From: Desulfobacterales bacterium
GTDB taxonomy: Bacteria; Desulfobacterota; Desulfobacteria; Desulfobacterales; UBA5616
Length of the DNA: 63,240 nt
Reading direction: 5' to 3'
NCBI GenBank assembly: GCA_046483495.1
Contig: JAWODC010000060.1
Coordinates: forward strand, 1-63,240
A program made the position numbers and the translations under genes. Positions within the stretch are counted from its first letter, which is position 1. Every line of letters begins with the position of its first letter. Of this stretch, positions 46,624 to 57,867 are shown one piece after another. The notes under the pieces are model-generated. The model had not been told where the DNA came from. It saw only the letters and a program-made list of their open reading frames with translations, and ran no database searches.

Positions 46624-47118
46624 TCACATTTCAATCCGGTTCCGGCCGTTTCGATAGAATCCAATAAGCGCCAGCCCAAGGGCATCGGATGCATGAAAGG
46701 GCCTTATGGCTTTTGTTTGATTTAAAAGACTGCGAACAGCGATTTCAAACTGCGTCTTGGTGGACCTGCCGTTGCCGGTAATCACCTGTTTTGCCTCCCT
46801 GACCGGGATTTCCAAAACCGGCAAACCGGCACGGCATCCGGCCAAAAGAATGACGCCGACGACTTTTCCCAGTAGTATTCCCGATTTTGGATAATTTTCC
46901 AGACTGAATACGTCCTCGACAACCATCAGGTCCGGTGCTTCATCCGCAATGACCTTTTTCAGCCGTGAATAGATATAATCCAACCGCTGCGGCGCGTTCA
47001 TTTTTTTGGATGTGTAAATGCCGCCGTAGGAATAGCTGCTGATCTTCACCCCGGCACCCGCGACAACAGCAACTCCTGTAGCGGCGAGCCCGGGGTCTAT
47101 CCCGATGATTTTTATCAT
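46624..47118 (-). CDS. ruvC: Holliday junction resolvase RuvC
   Basis: IIGIDPG, VEDVF, KQVITGNG, DALGLA. Confidence 0.94.
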   Translation of the reverse strand: MIKIIGIDPGLAATGVAVVAGAGVKISSYSYGGIYTSKKMNAPQRLDYIYSRLKKVIADEAPDLMVVEDVFSLENYPKSGILLGKVVGVILLAGCRAGLPVLEIPVREAKQVITGNGRSTKTQFEIAVRSLLNQTKAIRPFHASDALGLALIGFYRNGRNRIEM

Positions 47119-47162
47119 GTTATCGTGGCGTGGATATGTTGGAAAACGGGGGTGCGGCGAAC

Positions 47163-47999
47163 CTAAAGATCCTTCAACTTGGCCCGGGCGATTTCAGCCT
47201 CGGAGGATTTTGGATATTTATCGGTGAGTTCATTCAGTATGAGGCGGGCATTCGCCTTGTCCCCAAGGTTCAAAAACGAAAGGCCCTGCTTCAGCAAAGC
47301 CGCCTGCACCTTGTTGCCCTTGGCGTAGTTTTCGATCACTTTCTGGTACTCCAGGATCGCCTTTTCATACCATTTTTCCCGATAGTAAATTTCACCGATC
47401 CAGAATTGAGCGTTGTCGGCATTCTGTGACTTTGGATACCGCTTAATCAATTTTTCAAAACCTTCACGTGCGGTTTCCAAATCGTTTTGATCGAACGCTT
47501 TTTTCGCTGCGAAATACAGTTGCTCTTCGGATAATTCCGCCATTGAAGCGTCATTTTCCGGTTTTGGCACCTCGGCATTTTTTTTCATCTCTGCGGGTTC
47601 GAGGTTCAGGTATTCTTCCAGCCGAATGATGCGTTCATTATTCAACCGGATGTCCTGATTCGTTCGATCATACTTCTTATCCCGTTCCGACATGTACTGG
47701 CCGAGCCTATGCTCGAGTTGGTCCAGCCTGCCGGTCAGATTCTGAAGGTCGCTTTGCACACCGGTCAGTTCAACTCTCATATCGGCAAAACGGTCTCTAA
47801 GGCTTTTCTCGCTTTCCTCACCCGATGCCTGCTCGGCTTCGAGTTTGGATTCGATTTCCGAAAGTCGATTTTCCGCCGCTATGATGTGGTGTTCGATCGT
47901 CGCCAGCTGGTCCTGACTCGTCATGCACCCCACTGCCACCAAAAGGGTGCAAACGGAACAAATCAATAATATCTTTTTCATGAGCGTCATTTTCTTCAA
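47163..47999 (-). CDS. cpoB: Tol-Pal system protein CpoB/YbgF
   Basis: Lipobox-like AVGC, coiled coil, TPRs (YPKSQNADNAQFWIGE). Follows pal. The true start may be a few codons downstream. Confidence 0.9.
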   Translation of the reverse strand: MKKMTLMKKILLICSVCTLLVAVGCMTSQDQLATIEHHIIAAENRLSEIESKLEAEQASGEESEKSLRDRFADMRVELTGVQSDLQNLTGRLDQLEHRLGQYMSERDKKYDRTNQDIRLNNERIIRLEEYLNLEPAEMKKNAEVPKPENDASMAELSEEQLYFAAKKAFDQNDLETAREGFEKLIKRYPKSQNADNAQFWIGEIYYREKWYEKAILEYQKVIENYAKGNKVQAALLKQGLSFLNLGDKANARLILNELTDKYPKSSEAEIARAKLKDL

Positions 48000-48076
48000 T
48001 TTCAGTTTATAAAAGGACTCCGGCTTTCAATGGTATGAACCGGCGTTTCGGATTGCAAGGCATAATGTATGAATAT

Positions 48077-48114
48077 GGTAAGGCGTTGAAACGTTTTCGT
48101 TAAAACGCCTTACC
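48077..48114. terminator. Stem-loop between pal and cpoB (attenuator or mRNA stabiliser)
   Basis: 11-bp inverted repeat GGTAAGGCGTT/AACGCCTTACC without a clear U-tract. Confidence 0.45.
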
Positions 48115-48163
48115 GTTCACCGCAAAGCATTGACATCCGATTTCAGCCGGCAGAGACCATGGG

Positions 48164-48724
48164 TCACTTAATCTGAAAATGGGCTCTCCTGTTTTTTTGC
48201 CAGGCCGATTCATTATGACCGGGGTCGACGGGCATTTCTTCTCCGTAACTGATCGTGGAAAGCCGATCCGGCGAAATTCCGAGATCCACCAGAAAAATTT
48301 TTGCGCTTTGGGCACGCCTTTCTCCTAAGGCGATGTTGTATTCATTGGTGCCCCTTTCGTCGCAATGGCCCTCAATGATGACATCGACCTCGGGATTTTC
48401 TCTCAACCACGCGGCCTTTTCTTTTAAAACGGCCTGCGCTTCCGGGCTTAGATCGGCTTTGTCGAAATTAAAGTAAATGTCCTGATTGACAAATTGCTCC
48501 CGCTCCGTCGCCGCTATTCTCTCGGCTTCCTCCGCAGCCAATTCCTCCTCTGTCGGACCCGTAATCATGTCCTCCTCCTCTGTCTGTGTGACAGAGGTCT
48601 CACCCGCCGCATCCCCCATGCCCACCGGTGAAAGGGTGCTCGTTTTCCGGGCACAGGAACATAAAAACAGCAACCCTGGAATCACCAAGATGAGCGCCGC
48701 ACTGATAACGAATTTTCTACGCAT
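48164..48724 (-). CDS. pal: Peptidoglycan-associated lipoprotein
   Basis: Lipoprotein signal, [35 protein letters not shown] at 48724 with GGAGG upstream. Confidence 0.96.
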   Translation of the reverse strand: MRRKFVISAALILVIPGLLFLCSCARKTSTLSPVGMGDAAGETSVTQTEEEDMITGPTEEELAAEEAERIAATEREQFVNQDIYFNFDKADLSPEAQAVLKEKAAWLRENPEVDVIIEGHCDERGTNEYNIALGERRAQSAKIFLVDLGISPDRLSTISYGEEMPVDPGHNESAWQKNRRAHFQIK

Positions 48725-48807
48725 ATCCTTCCTTCCTCCTTTCACATCCAATTAACAGCCGATTTCCAAGTTTATGAGATATATGCAAATAAACGGATCA
48801 CCGCAGG

Positions 48808-50160
48808 TCAATCTTTGATGTATCCCGGTGACCATTTCGGGTTGGTCTGCTGGCCGGGCATGTTCAAGAGGCGCCGCTGATCCGTGCCAAAAGCCGTCAT
48901 CACGTATATTTTCGATTTCGAAAGGCCTTCCCGGGAAGAACTAAAAACGATGAGGCTCCCATCGGGCGACCAGGAAGGTGATTCATTATTTCCTGAGTTC
49001 CAGGTCAGTTGAACGTGACCGGACCCGTCCTCTCCAATCACATGGATATTATGATTTCCGTTATCCATGGAGGAAAAAGCGATTTTTCCGCCATACGGCG
49101 ACCAGCTCGGCTGGGTATTATAGCGTCCTTGAAATGTCAATCGCCTGATATTGCCGGTCGCCAGATTCTTAATGTAGATCTGGGGCGTCCCGGAGCGTTC
49201 GGAAACGAATGCCATCTCTTTTCCGTCCGGAGAAAAAGAGGGCGAAGAATCGATTCCCCGCTGGTTCGTAAGCCTTTTAATGATTTTTCCGTTGCCGGTC
49301 AACCGGTATATTTCCGGGTCGCCCGAGAATGACAATGTCGCCCCCAGCTCGAACACGCCGGGAATCCAGCACGGTGAACTGTTGATCCCTTCCCGGGACA
49401 CGATGGTACCCCTGTTTTCTTCGATATGCCGGATGAAAAGCTCGGGGGTTTTATTTTTATAAGACGTATAGGCCATCCATTTTCCGTCGGAAGACCATGC
49501 CGGGAAAAGCGTAATGGCCCGGTTGTCCGTAAACTGTTTTGGATTGTACCCGTCGAAATCACATACAAAAATCTCCTTGTTCCCCGTGCCGTTCGAAATG
49601 AAGGCGATTTTACTGTTGAAAATACCTTCTCTCCCCGTCAGGGTAAGGATGACATCATTGCAAAACCGTCTTACCATTTCCCGATAATTCTCGGGTTTTC
49701 CGTGGTACCGTTTACCGATCAGCATGCGCGACTTGAAGGTGTCGATCAATCGGAGCTCCATTTGAACGATGCCGTTCTGAATGGCGACACCCCCTGTCAC
49801 AAGAAGTTCCGCTCCGATGACGGTCCAGTTTTTGTAATTGATGTTCTGAGTAACGATGCTGTCTTTTTGCGGGTCAAATAAAAAGGACCTTCGATCAAGA
49901 ATATTGAAGTAACTGGTAAACTCGAGGCTTTCCGCCAACAGGTCGGATGACTTCCTACAGAGGTCCCCCTCTGTTTTCAGGTCGGATTCGGCCTTGAATA
50001 CGGGAATGGCGATCGGAATTTTTCTCAAAAACGGATTCGTAATGTTGATATAATCGTATTCCGTCCCCATTGCCGGGGGGAGACGTAACATGCACCATGC
50101 GCAAATGAAAAACAGCCCGATGGTGCAGCGTCGTATAAACATAATGTTCTTCCTGTTCAT
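48808..50160 (-). CDS. tolB: Tol-Pal beta-propeller protein TolB
   Basis: IPIAIP N-domain and repeated P.WSPDG (PD40) blades. Confidence 0.95.
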   Translation of the reverse strand: MNRKNIMFIRRCTIGLFFICAWCMLRLPPAMGTEYDYINITNPFLRKIPIAIPVFKAESDLKTEGDLCRKSSDLLAESLEFTSYFNILDRRSFLFDPQKDSIVTQNINYKNWTVIGAELLVTGGVAIQNGIVQMELRLIDTFKSRMLIGKRYHGKPENYREMVRRFCNDVILTLTGREGIFNSKIAFISNGTGNKEIFVCDFDGYNPKQFTDNRAITLFPAWSSDGKWMAYTSYKNKTPELFIRHIEENRGTIVSREGINSSPCWIPGVFELGATLSFSGDPEIYRLTGNGKIIKRLTNQRGIDSSPSFSPDGKEMAFVSERSGTPQIYIKNLATGNIRRLTFQGRYNTQPSWSPYGGKIAFSSMDNGNHNIHVIGEDGSGHVQLTWNSGNNESPSWSPDGSLIVFSSSREGLSKSKIYVMTAFGTDQRRLLNMPGQQTNPKWSPGYIKD

Positions 50161-50191
50161 GCAAATCCTTTTTTAAGCAACCCGCGCAATG

Positions 50192-51118
50192 CTACTGAAT
50201 CCCGGAAGGCGTAAACACCATACCCAGCATAAAATCCGAGCGGTTGTAACCGGGAGGCAGCGGCGGCAGGGGATTGGACTTCAATACGGCCCGATAGGCG
50301 GAATCATCCAGGTGGGGATTCCCTGATTTTTCTTCGAACCAGATATCTTTTATTTCACCGTCAGGCATGATTCTGATCACGAGCAGGGTTTTCATCTTCG
50401 ACTGATTGCCGGCCAGCTGATCCGAATACGCCCAGTTTTTCTGAATGCGATATTTTATTTCCTGCTTATACAAATCCGTTTCGTCGAAATGCCTGTTGCC
50501 GGGTTGGCCGCCTCCGGGCCCCGATGTCGTTCCAGCGTCCCCTCCGGCTTTGTCCGGATTTTCGTCCACCGTTTCACGCAGGCGGGCGATCGCCCTCTCG
50601 ATTGCTTCTGATTTTTCTTCTTGTCCCGTTTTCTGTTCGGCTTTCTCCCGTATCCGGTCGATCGCCTTTTTGATGGCGTCGGGCCGATTCTCGACCACCT
50701 GTTTTTCGATTTCCTTTACGGCCCGTTCGACCACCTTCCCGGTTTTAAATGTTTTGCTCTTGAGCGAATGTTTCACCTCCGGCTCTCTTTTTGCCGGGGC
50801 TTTCGCCGCCTGTACCGGTTCGGGTTTGGGAGCGGGTTCGGCAACCACCACGGCCGGTTTTTCCGGCACCGGCGGTTCGGGTGTGATACGGGTCGGTGCC
50901 GGCTTTGGTGCCTGCCGTAAGGGCGGGCCCGGGTCCGGAAGCGATACGAGACTCACGGACATCGCCTCAGGCGTAATCCTGGGGTTGGGTTTGAAACCGG
51001 GCGCGAGCAAAACAGCGGCGGCCAAGGCGATATGCAATATCGTAGAGAGGATCAGGCTCGGGTAAACGGCTTGATATTCGCTGCCTGAACGGCCCCAGAA
51101 ATAATTACGAGCAGTCAT
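50192..51118 (-). CDS. tolA: TolA/TonB-family energy transducer
   Basis: TM helix with S...H, Pro/Lys/Glu-rich linker, C-terminal IQKNW...SGNPHLDDSA...PLPP. Lies between tolR and tolB. Confidence 0.85.
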   Translation of the reverse strand: MTARNYFWGRSGSEYQAVYPSLILSTILHIALAAAVLLAPGFKPNPRITPEAMSVSLVSLPDPGPPLRQAPKPAPTRITPEPPVPEKPAVVVAEPAPKPEPVQAAKAPAKREPEVKHSLKSKTFKTGKVVERAVKEIEKQVVENRPDAIKKAIDRIREKAEQKTGQEEKSEAIERAIARLRETVDENPDKAGGDAGTTSGPGGGQPGNRHFDETDLYKQEIKYRIQKNWAYSDQLAGNQSKMKTLLVIRIMPDGEIKDIWFEEKSGNPHLDDSAYRAVLKSNPLPPLPPGYNRSDFMLGMVFTPSGIQ

Positions 51119-51126
51119 GTTTTCCT

Positions 51127-51570
51127 TTATTTGTTATGCCCGCGATTGCTCGTTTTTTTGCCGGCGTCATCGTCCGGAGAAGTCACGATGCCCAGGTTGT
51201 CGACGCCTGCACTTTTTATCTCGCTCATGACAAGCACCACAACGCCGTAAGGGACGTTTTTATCCGCCCTCAGGTAAACGTCTTGTCCTTTTCCTCCGGC
51301 CATTATGCTTTCGATCTTATCTCTCAGATAATCGATGGATACGGCATAATCATTGATAAACACCCGCTGCTGTTCGTCGATACTGATCAGCAGCTGCTCA
51401 TCCTCAGACGTCAACGGCTGTGATCCGGCTTCCGGCAAATCGATGTCCACTCCCTGGATCATCATCGGGGCGGTTACCATGAATATGATGAGCAGAACCA
51501 GCATGACATCCACGAACGGCGTGACATTGATGTCCGCCATTAATCTGTCCCCGTTGCTTCCGGTTACCAT
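51127..51570 (-). CDS. tolR: TolR
   Basis: INVTPFVDVMLVLLIIFMVTAP, LRADKNVPYG. Confidence 0.94.
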   Translation of the reverse strand: MVTGSNGDRLMADINVTPFVDVMLVLLIIFMVTAPMMIQGVDIDLPEAGSQPLTSEDEQLLISIDEQQRVFINDYAVSIDYLRDKIESIMAGGKGQDVYLRADKNVPYGVVVLVMSEIKSAGVDNLGIVTSPDDDAGKKTSNRGHNK

Positions 51571-51571
51571 T

Positions 51572-52306
51572 CTACTTTCCTCTTACCGGCAGAATATCAC
51601 GCTCGATAACATTTAACAAATCCGTTGAAAAACTCCTCACGTCGGACTCGAGGACCCTTATCTTCTGAATAAAATAGTTGTAAAAAATAACAGCGGGAAT
51701 AGCGGTAGCCAAACCTGCCGCGGTGGCGATCAATGCTTCGGAAATACCCGGGGCGACAACGCCCAAACTGGCGGAACCGCGAAGGCCGATTCCGTGGAAG
51801 GAATTCATGATGCCCCAAACTGTTCCGAAAAGGCCGATAAACGGCGTCGCATTTCCGGTGGTGGCCAGAAAGGGGATGAGTTGAATCATTCGAGTGGTTT
51901 CCGTGTCGACCGTTTTTTCCAGCACCCGCTTGACATTATCCGACGCGCTGAACTTGAGTTTTAACGCCTCGGCTTCCTCGTCGGTAGTCGGCGTTTTGCG
52001 TCCCCCGGATTTGCTGAGCCTCTTGAGTTCGACATAGGCGACCCGGAAAACACGGGCCGCGGGACTGTGCTGCAGTTGTTTGCTCTTTGAGAATGCCTCG
52101 GAGAAATCCTTGCTTTTCCAGAAAAAATCGGTGAACGCCGCAGATTCCCTGAAGGCTTTTCCAATGGAGCGATACTTAATGATGATGATGGCCCACGAGA
52201 AAACGGAAAACAACAGCAAAAGAAGCAGAACGAACTGGACCATGAGGCCGGCGTTTAGAATCATGGAGATAATGCCAATGTCATGTGTTCCCATAAACGA
52301 TTCCAA
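51572..52306 (-). CDS. tolQ: TolQ
   Basis: TPFIGLFGTVWGIM, VAPGISEALIATAAGL. Confidence 0.95.
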   Translation of the reverse strand: MESFMGTHDIGIISMILNAGLMVQFVLLLLLLFSVFSWAIIIIKYRSIGKAFRESAAFTDFFWKSKDFSEAFSKSKQLQHSPAARVFRVAYVELKRLSKSGGRKTPTTDEEAEALKLKFSASDNVKRVLEKTVDTETTRMIQLIPFLATTGNATPFIGLFGTVWGIMNSFHGIGLRGSASLGVVAPGISEALIATAAGLATAIPAVIFYNYFIQKIRVLESDVRSFSTDLLNVIERDILPVRGK

Positions 52307-52433
52307 TTATATTTTTTGACAACTTTCTGTCAATGGGTTTATGTTCGCGAATAACAGCTCCGCGTCGAGTTCGCGTAAATCTATAAGAACTCGCGGTTGG
52401 TGTCAAGCAATTTGGCGGGAGGCGTCATATACG

Positions 52434-52982
52434 ATGAAACCTTTAATAAACCTGCTGTTCGAGGCCCGAAAACTGAAGCATATTCCCCGCTCAGGGTACC
52501 AGTTTCTCGAGGCGGGAAAGGAAACCGTAGCAGAGCACTGTTTTCTGGCGACTTTCATCGGCTATATCATGGCCCGAATGAATCCGGAAGTGGACGCCGA
52601 CAGGGTTATCCGCCTGTGCCTGCTTCACGATCTGCCCGAATCCAGAATCGGCGATCTGAATTATGTGCAAAAGCGATATCTGGCCGCGGATGAAGCCCGG
52701 GCGATGGAAGATGCTGCTTCGAACGTGCCGTTCGGCGGGGAAATCACGGCGCTTCTCGCTGAATTCAATGCGGCGGAAACCCCGGAAGCCGAACTGGCAA
52801 GGGATGCGGATCAGATCGCCTTCATCCTCGATCTAAAAGCCCTGATCGATTCAGGGAATGTAAATGCCGAAAAGTGGATGAGGCACGTGGCCGGCCGTCT
52901 TCGAACCCAAACGGCCAAAGAGCTCTGCAACGCCATTGCCGATACCGACAGCGACGCCTGGTGGAGGACCTTCGTCGGATAA
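52434..52982 (+). CDS. HD-domain hydrolase (YfbR/HDDC2-like 5'-nucleotidase)
   Basis: LKHIPRSG, ETVAEH, LLHDLPE.RIGD, DAD. Start placed at the ATG at 52434 after GGAGG. Confidence 0.88.
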   Translation: MKPLINLLFEARKLKHIPRSGYQFLEAGKETVAEHCFLATFIGYIMARMNPEVDADRVIRLCLLHDLPESRIGDLNYVQKRYLAADEARAMEDAASNVPFGGEITALLAEFNAAETPEAELARDADQIAFILDLKALIDSGNVNAEKWMRHVAGRLRTQTAKELCNAIADTDSDAWWRTFVG

Positions 52983-53106
52983 ATTTGTTGACACGCCGGG
53001 CAAAAAAAACTAAAGATTTTTCCCTTGAATTTTTTAGGTTTTCGCGTGTTTTCGATTTTTTTGAGTTAAGTATGTTTTATTTACGGTGATATCGTGGAGG
53101 TGACGA

Positions 53107-53748
53107 ATGAACTGGTTGTTGAATACCCTCGGAACATCGATCGGCAAAAAATTGATGATGGCCGTTACCGGGCTCTCTTTCATCGGGTTTTTGGTGGTCC
53201 ATCTTGCCGGAAATATGACACTTTACGGTGGGGAAAGCATGTTTAACGGATACGCCGAGCATATTCACGGGTACGGTCCTTTAATCAATGCGGCGGAATT
53301 CGTTTTGCTTACGTTGGCCCTGATTCACATCACCGTCGGAATGGTGCTGTTCTATCAAAATCTGACCTCGCGGCCGTCACGCTACCAGGCATCCCGGTGG
53401 GCGGGCGGGCGGACGGTCGGTTCGGCGACCATGCCGTATACCGGCATTTTAATCCTGGCATTTTTGATTCTGCACCTGTTGAGCTTCCGCTTCATCGATC
53501 TCGAGCATACCACGATATACGACGTCGTTGTCTCGGTGTTCGCCGACCCGCTGTATGTGGTTATTTATATAGCCGCCATGGCGATCGTCGCCCTGCACAT
53601 CAGTCACGGGTTCTGGAGTCTTTTTCAGACCCTCGGCGCCAATCACCCCAAATATATGCCGACCATCCAGGTTGTCGGCCTGGCCGTCAGCCTGATTTTC
53701 GGTATCGGCTTTGGATTCATTCCGGTTTATATTTCGTTTATGGCATAA
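53107..53748 (+). CDS. sdhC: Succinate dehydrogenase/fumarate reductase cytochrome b subunit
   Basis: [15 protein letters not shown] helices with His ligands, [11 protein letters not shown]. Confidence 0.92.
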   Translation: MNWLLNTLGTSIGKKLMMAVTGLSFIGFLVVHLAGNMTLYGGESMFNGYAEHIHGYGPLINAAEFVLLTLALIHITVGMVLFYQNLTSRPSRYQASRWAGGRTVGSATMPYTGILILAFLILHLLSFRFIDLEHTTIYDVVVSVFADPLYVVIYIAAMAIVALHISHGFWSLFQTLGANHPKYMPTIQVVGLAVSLIFGIGFGFIPVYISFMA

Positions 53749-53761
53749 GGAGGTACGCTAC

Positions 53762-55675
53762 ATGCAGCTTGATGGGAAAATCCCAGGTGGTCCGGTCCAG
53801 GAAAAATGGGACAGACACCGTTTCGAACTCAAACTGGTCAACCCCGCCAACAAAAGAAAATTCGACATCATCGTGGTCGGGACCGGCCTTGCCGGCAGTT
53901 CCGCTTCCGCAACGCTGGCGGAACTCGGCTATAATGTGAAAACATTTTGCATACAGGACAGCCCCCGGCGCGCCCACAGCATTGCGGCCCAGGGCGGCAT
54001 CAATGCCGCCAAAAACTATCAAAATGATGGTGACAGCATATGGCGGCTCTTTTATGACACGGTAAAGGGAGGGGATTTTCGGGCCAGAGAAGCCAATATC
54101 TATCGTCTGGCGCAGGCAAGCATCGATATTATCGACCATTGCGTGGCTCAGGGTGTTCCGTTTGCCCGTGAATACGGCGGTCTGCTGGCAAACCGCTCTT
54201 TCGGCGGCGCTCAGGTCTCACGAACATTCTATGCACGGGGACAGACCGGCCAGCAGCTGCTGCTCGGCGCCTACAGCTCTCTATGCCGCCAGATTGCCGC
54301 CGGAAAAGTCACGATGTACCCGCGAAGGGAAATGCGCGAACTCGTTGTCATTAACGATCAGGCCAGAGGCATTATCGCAAGGAACCTGATCAATGGAGAA
54401 CTGGAATGCCACCAGGCCGATGCCGTTGTTTTGGCAACCGGCGGGTACGGCAACGTCTTCTATCTTTCCACCAACGCCGTATCATCCAACGTCAGTGCGG
54501 CTTTCCAAGCATACCGGAAAGGCGCTTTTTTTGCCAACCCCTGTTTCACCCAGATTCATCCCACCTGTATTCCGCAGTCCGGTGAATACCAGTCAAAGCT
54601 CACGTTGATGAGTGAAAGCCTCAGAAACGACGGGCGCGTGTGGGTGCCGAAAAAGCGGGGCGACGACAGGAACCCCAACGATATCCCGGAATCGGAACGG
54701 TATTATTACCTGGAAGAAAAATACCCCAGTTTCGGGAACCTGGTTCCCCGGGATGTGGCCTCGCGCAATGCCAAGGAGCAGTGTGACGCCGGCTTCGGCG
54801 TGGGCCCGAGCGGATATGCGGTGTACCTCGATTTTGCCGATGCGATAAAGCGCGACGGCAAGGAGGTCATCAAAAAGAAATACGGCAACCTTTTCGACAT
54901 GTATGAAAACATCACCGGTGACAATCCTTATGAGACCCCTATGATGATTTACCCGGCCTCGCATTATACCATGGGAGGCCTTTGGGTCGATTACAACCTG
55001 ATGAGCACCATCCCGGGGCTTTTCGTCATCGGCGAAGCCAATTTCTCCGACCACGGTGCAAACCGCCTGGGCGCCAGCGCCCTTATGCAGGGATTGGCGG
55101 ACGGCTATTTCGTACTGCCGTATACCATCGGGGGCTATCTCGCCGGCACCGCTTTTCAAGAGGTCCGACCGGACCAAGCCGCGTTTAAGGAAGCCCTTTC
55201 CGGAGTTAAAGCGCATATCGAATCGCTGATGAAAATTAAAGGCAGCCGAACGGCTGACGATTTTCACCGGGAATTGGGGAAAATCATGTGGAATTACTGC
55301 GGCATGGCCAGAAACGACGACGGCCTGACAAAGGCGATCAAGATGATTCGAAGCCTGCGGGATGAATTTTGGCAGAACCTGCTGGTTCCCGGAACGGATA
55401 CGGATTACAACATCAACCTGCAGAAGGCCGGCCGGGTTGCGGACTATATGGAATTCGGAGAACTGCTTGCCCTTGATGCACTGGCGCGAAGAGAATCCGC
55501 CGGCGGTCATTTTAACGAAGCGTTTCAGACGGAAGAGGGGGAAGCCAAACGCGACGATGAACATTATTGTCATGTTTCGGCATGGGAATACAAAGGCAAA
55601 AAAGAGGAACCCAAGTTTCACAAGGAACCGCTGGTTTTTGAAAATGTCCAATTAACACAAAGGAGTTACAAGTGA
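53762..55675 (+). CDS. sdhA: Succinate dehydrogenase/fumarate reductase flavoprotein
   Basis: [46 protein letters not shown] at 53762 after AAGGAGG. Confidence 0.96.
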   Translation: MQLDGKIPGGPVQEKWDRHRFELKLVNPANKRKFDIIVVGTGLAGSSASATLAELGYNVKTFCIQDSPRRAHSIAAQGGINAAKNYQNDGDSIWRLFYDTVKGGDFRAREANIYRLAQASIDIIDHCVAQGVPFAREYGGLLANRSFGGAQVSRTFYARGQTGQQLLLGAYSSLCRQIAAGKVTMYPRREMRELVVINDQARGIIARNLINGELECHQADAVVLATGGYGNVFYLSTNAVSSNVSAAFQAYRKGAFFANPCFTQIHPTCIPQSGEYQSKLTLMSESLRNDGRVWVPKKRGDDRNPNDIPESERYYYLEEKYPSFGNLVPRDVASRNAKEQCDAGFGVGPSGYAVYLDFADAIKRDGKEVIKKKYGNLFDMYENITGDNPYETPMMIYPASHYTMGGLWVDYNLMSTIPGLFVIGEANFSDHGANRLGASALMQGLADGYFVLPYTIGGYLAGTAFQEVRPDQAAFKEALSGVKAHIESLMKIKGSRTADDFHRELGKIMWNYCGMARNDDGLTKAIKMIRSLRDEFWQNLLVPGTDTDYNINLQKAGRVADYMEFGELLALDALARRESAGGHFNEAFQTEEGEAKRDDEHYCHVSAWEYKGKKEEPKFHKEPLVFENVQLTQRSYK

Positions 55676-56445
55676 TACAGGATGCAAAAACCATCAATAT
55701 CACATTGAAAGTGTGGCGCCAGAAGGGTCCGGGAATCAAAGGCAAACTCGAGACCATTCAGGTGAATCATATTTCTACGCATATGTCTTTTCTGGAAATG
55801 CTGGACGTGGTCAACGAAGACCTGGCGAAAAAAGGGAAAGAGACCATCGAATTCGACAATGACTGTCGAGAAGGGATCTGCGGCACGTGCGGGGCGATGA
55901 TCAACGGGGTTGCCCATGGACCTGAAAAAGCGATGACCCTGTGCCAGCTCCACATGCGCAAATTTAAAGACGGCGATACCATTGTGGTCGAACCATGGCG
56001 GGCCAGGGCTTTTCCCATTATCAAGGATCTCATCGTGGACCGCAGCGCCCTGGACAAAATCATTCAGGCGGGCGGTTTTATTTCGGTCAATGCCGGCGGA
56101 GCACCGGATGGAAATACCATCCCGATTCCACAGGAAATCGCCGAAAAGGCAATGGATGCGGCGGCCTGCATCGCGTGCGGCGCATGTGTGGCCCAATGCC
56201 CAAACGCATCGGCCATGCTTTTTGTCGGTGCAAAGGTGTCCCAGTTCGCCCTGCTTCCCCAGGGAAGACCGGAAGCGGCCAAACGGGCCTTAGAGATGCT
56301 GCGGCGCATGGATGCCTGCGGATTCGGCAACTGCTCCAATGAAAGAGAATGTGAAGCCGTATGCCCCAAAGAAATTTCCATTGCGAACATAGCCAGGCTG
56401 AATCGGGAATATTTTAAAGCCGGTCTGGCTTCCGACCATAAATAG
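55672..56445 (+). CDS. sdhB: Succinate dehydrogenase/fumarate reductase iron-sulfur subunit
   Basis: [29 protein letters not shown]. Confidence 0.95.
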   Translation: MIQDAKTINITLKVWRQKGPGIKGKLETIQVNHISTHMSFLEMLDVVNEDLAKKGKETIEFDNDCREGICGTCGAMINGVAHGPEKAMTLCQLHMRKFKDGDTIVVEPWRARAFPIIKDLIVDRSALDKIIQAGGFISVNAGGAPDGNTIPIPQEIAEKAMDAAACIACGACVAQCPNASAMLFVGAKVSQFALLPQGRPEAAKRALEMLRRMDACGFGNCSNERECEAVCPKEISIANIARLNREYFKAGLASDHK

Positions 56446-56588
56446 CGCCCATCCAGAAATGGCCGATTCGCTCCATTTCGGTGTTGGCCGGGAAATTTTA
56501 ATCCTCAAAATACTCAATGTATTCCTGCGGTTAAAATTTCCAGGCCGCCTTGAATGGAATCGAATTATCTCATTTCTGGATGGACACT
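56444..56588. repeat. 145-bp palindromic MITE/ERIC-like element abutting the sdhB stop codon
   Basis: Terminal inverted repeat 16/18 (AGCGCCCATCCAGAAATG / CATTTCTGGATGGACACT). The core is the reverse complement of the core at 40115-40260. Confidence 0.85.
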
Positions 56589-56640
56589 GGATTGAATCGG
56601 GGGTCGGAGGCATTTTGCATCCGGATCCCGGTCCCCCGGT

Positions 56641-57426
56641 TTATACGTGTGCCTGCTTCAAGGTCACGTTTCTTCGAAGAATGTATTTCGCCGTCTTCTC
56701 GAACTGGGATGTCACGTCAGAAACATACAAATCAAACACCCCGCCCTTGTCGAGGCTTTCATCCAAATCCGGGTGATTCAGCAGATATTGACGGACCTTT
56801 TCAGAAATCGCAATCGACGAATCGATAATGTTTGCCCGCTTTCCGATCTTCCGACGGATATTCCGACTCAAGATGGGATAATGGGTGCACCCCAGGATCA
56901 GGGCTGTGATTTGGCGCATTTTCAATGGATGAAGGTATTTTTTCAGGATCATGCGGGTCTCCGGCTTATCCAGCCATCCCTCTTCGACAAGCGGCACCAG
57001 GAGCGGACAGGGAACGGAATACACCTTTGCATTCGGTCTTTTTTCCATTATCTTACGTTCATAGATGCCGCTGTTGATGGTGGCCCTGGTTCCGATAACG
57101 CCGATTTTCAAGTCCCCGGGCTCTGCAACCGCCGTTTCAACAGCCGGCGTAATCACTTCAAATATCGGCAGGGAAAACCGGGCCGTAATATGGTGTGTTG
57201 CGACACTGGAGACGGAATTGCAGGCGATGACGATCATCTTCGCCCCCTTTTTGATGAGAAATTCCGTATCTTCCAGAGCGTAGGACCTTACGGTTTCAAA
57301 ACTCTTGCTGCCGTAAGGCGTTCTGGCCGTATCGCCGAAATAAACGATATTATATCCGGGCATTAAGTCCATCAATGCCCGGGCGACGGTCAGCCCGCCG
57401 ATACCTGAATCGAAAATACCGATCAT
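56641..57426 (-). CDS. murI: Glutamate racemase
   Basis: IGIFDSGIGG, PYGSKS, IACNS, LGCTHYP. Confidence 0.96.
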   Translation of the reverse strand: MIGIFDSGIGGLTVARALMDLMPGYNIVYFGDTARTPYGSKSFETVRSYALEDTEFLIKKGAKMIVIACNSVSSVATHHITARFSLPIFEVITPAVETAVAEPGDLKIGVIGTRATINSGIYERKIMEKRPNAKVYSVPCPLLVPLVEEGWLDKPETRMILKKYLHPLKMRQITALILGCTHYPILSRNIRRKIGKRANIIDSSIAISEKVRQYLLNHPDLDESLDKGGVFDLYVSDVTSQFEKTAKYILRRNVTLKQAHV

Positions 57427-57524
57427 AGACTCACCTCAAAAACGGGTTTGACCATCCGGCAAAACCCGTCTACACTTCATCGTGGAAAATGAATCATGCA
57501 TAACACAAACCAACGGGTGATCCC

Positions 57525-57827
57525 ATGATAAAAGAACAGGGGCCTCAGAAACCGTCTTTGAACACAACCCCTTCCATGAGCCAAAAAATATTCGATCTTG
57601 AGCTTCCGGTTGAAACCGTCTCGCTCTATCTTCTCATCAGCGGTTTGACGGATGAAGGACAACCGGTTTTTCCGGAAACCATCCGGCCCGTCTGGAACGG
57701 CAGCGAGCAGGAACTGGAATCCGGATTGCAGGATCTCGAAAAAAGGAACATCATCCGTAAGGTTACCGAGGATGATGGCGAACGCAAGTTATACCGGCTG
57801 GTTGATCCCGATCAGTGGCGCGTTTGA
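57525..57827 (+). CDS. Small hypothetical protein (possible winged helix)
   Basis: Fills the gap divergent from murI. SLYLLI...L.DLEKRNII pattern. Start may be 57576. Confidence 0.6.
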   Translation: MIKEQGPQKPSLNTTPSMSQKIFDLELPVETVSLYLLISGLTDEGQPVFPETIRPVWNGSEQELESGLQDLEKRNIIRKVTEDDGERKLYRLVDPDQWRV

Positions 57828-57867
57828 CAATCCGATCGGCTCACGTAAGGCATCCGTCCGCGCCATG

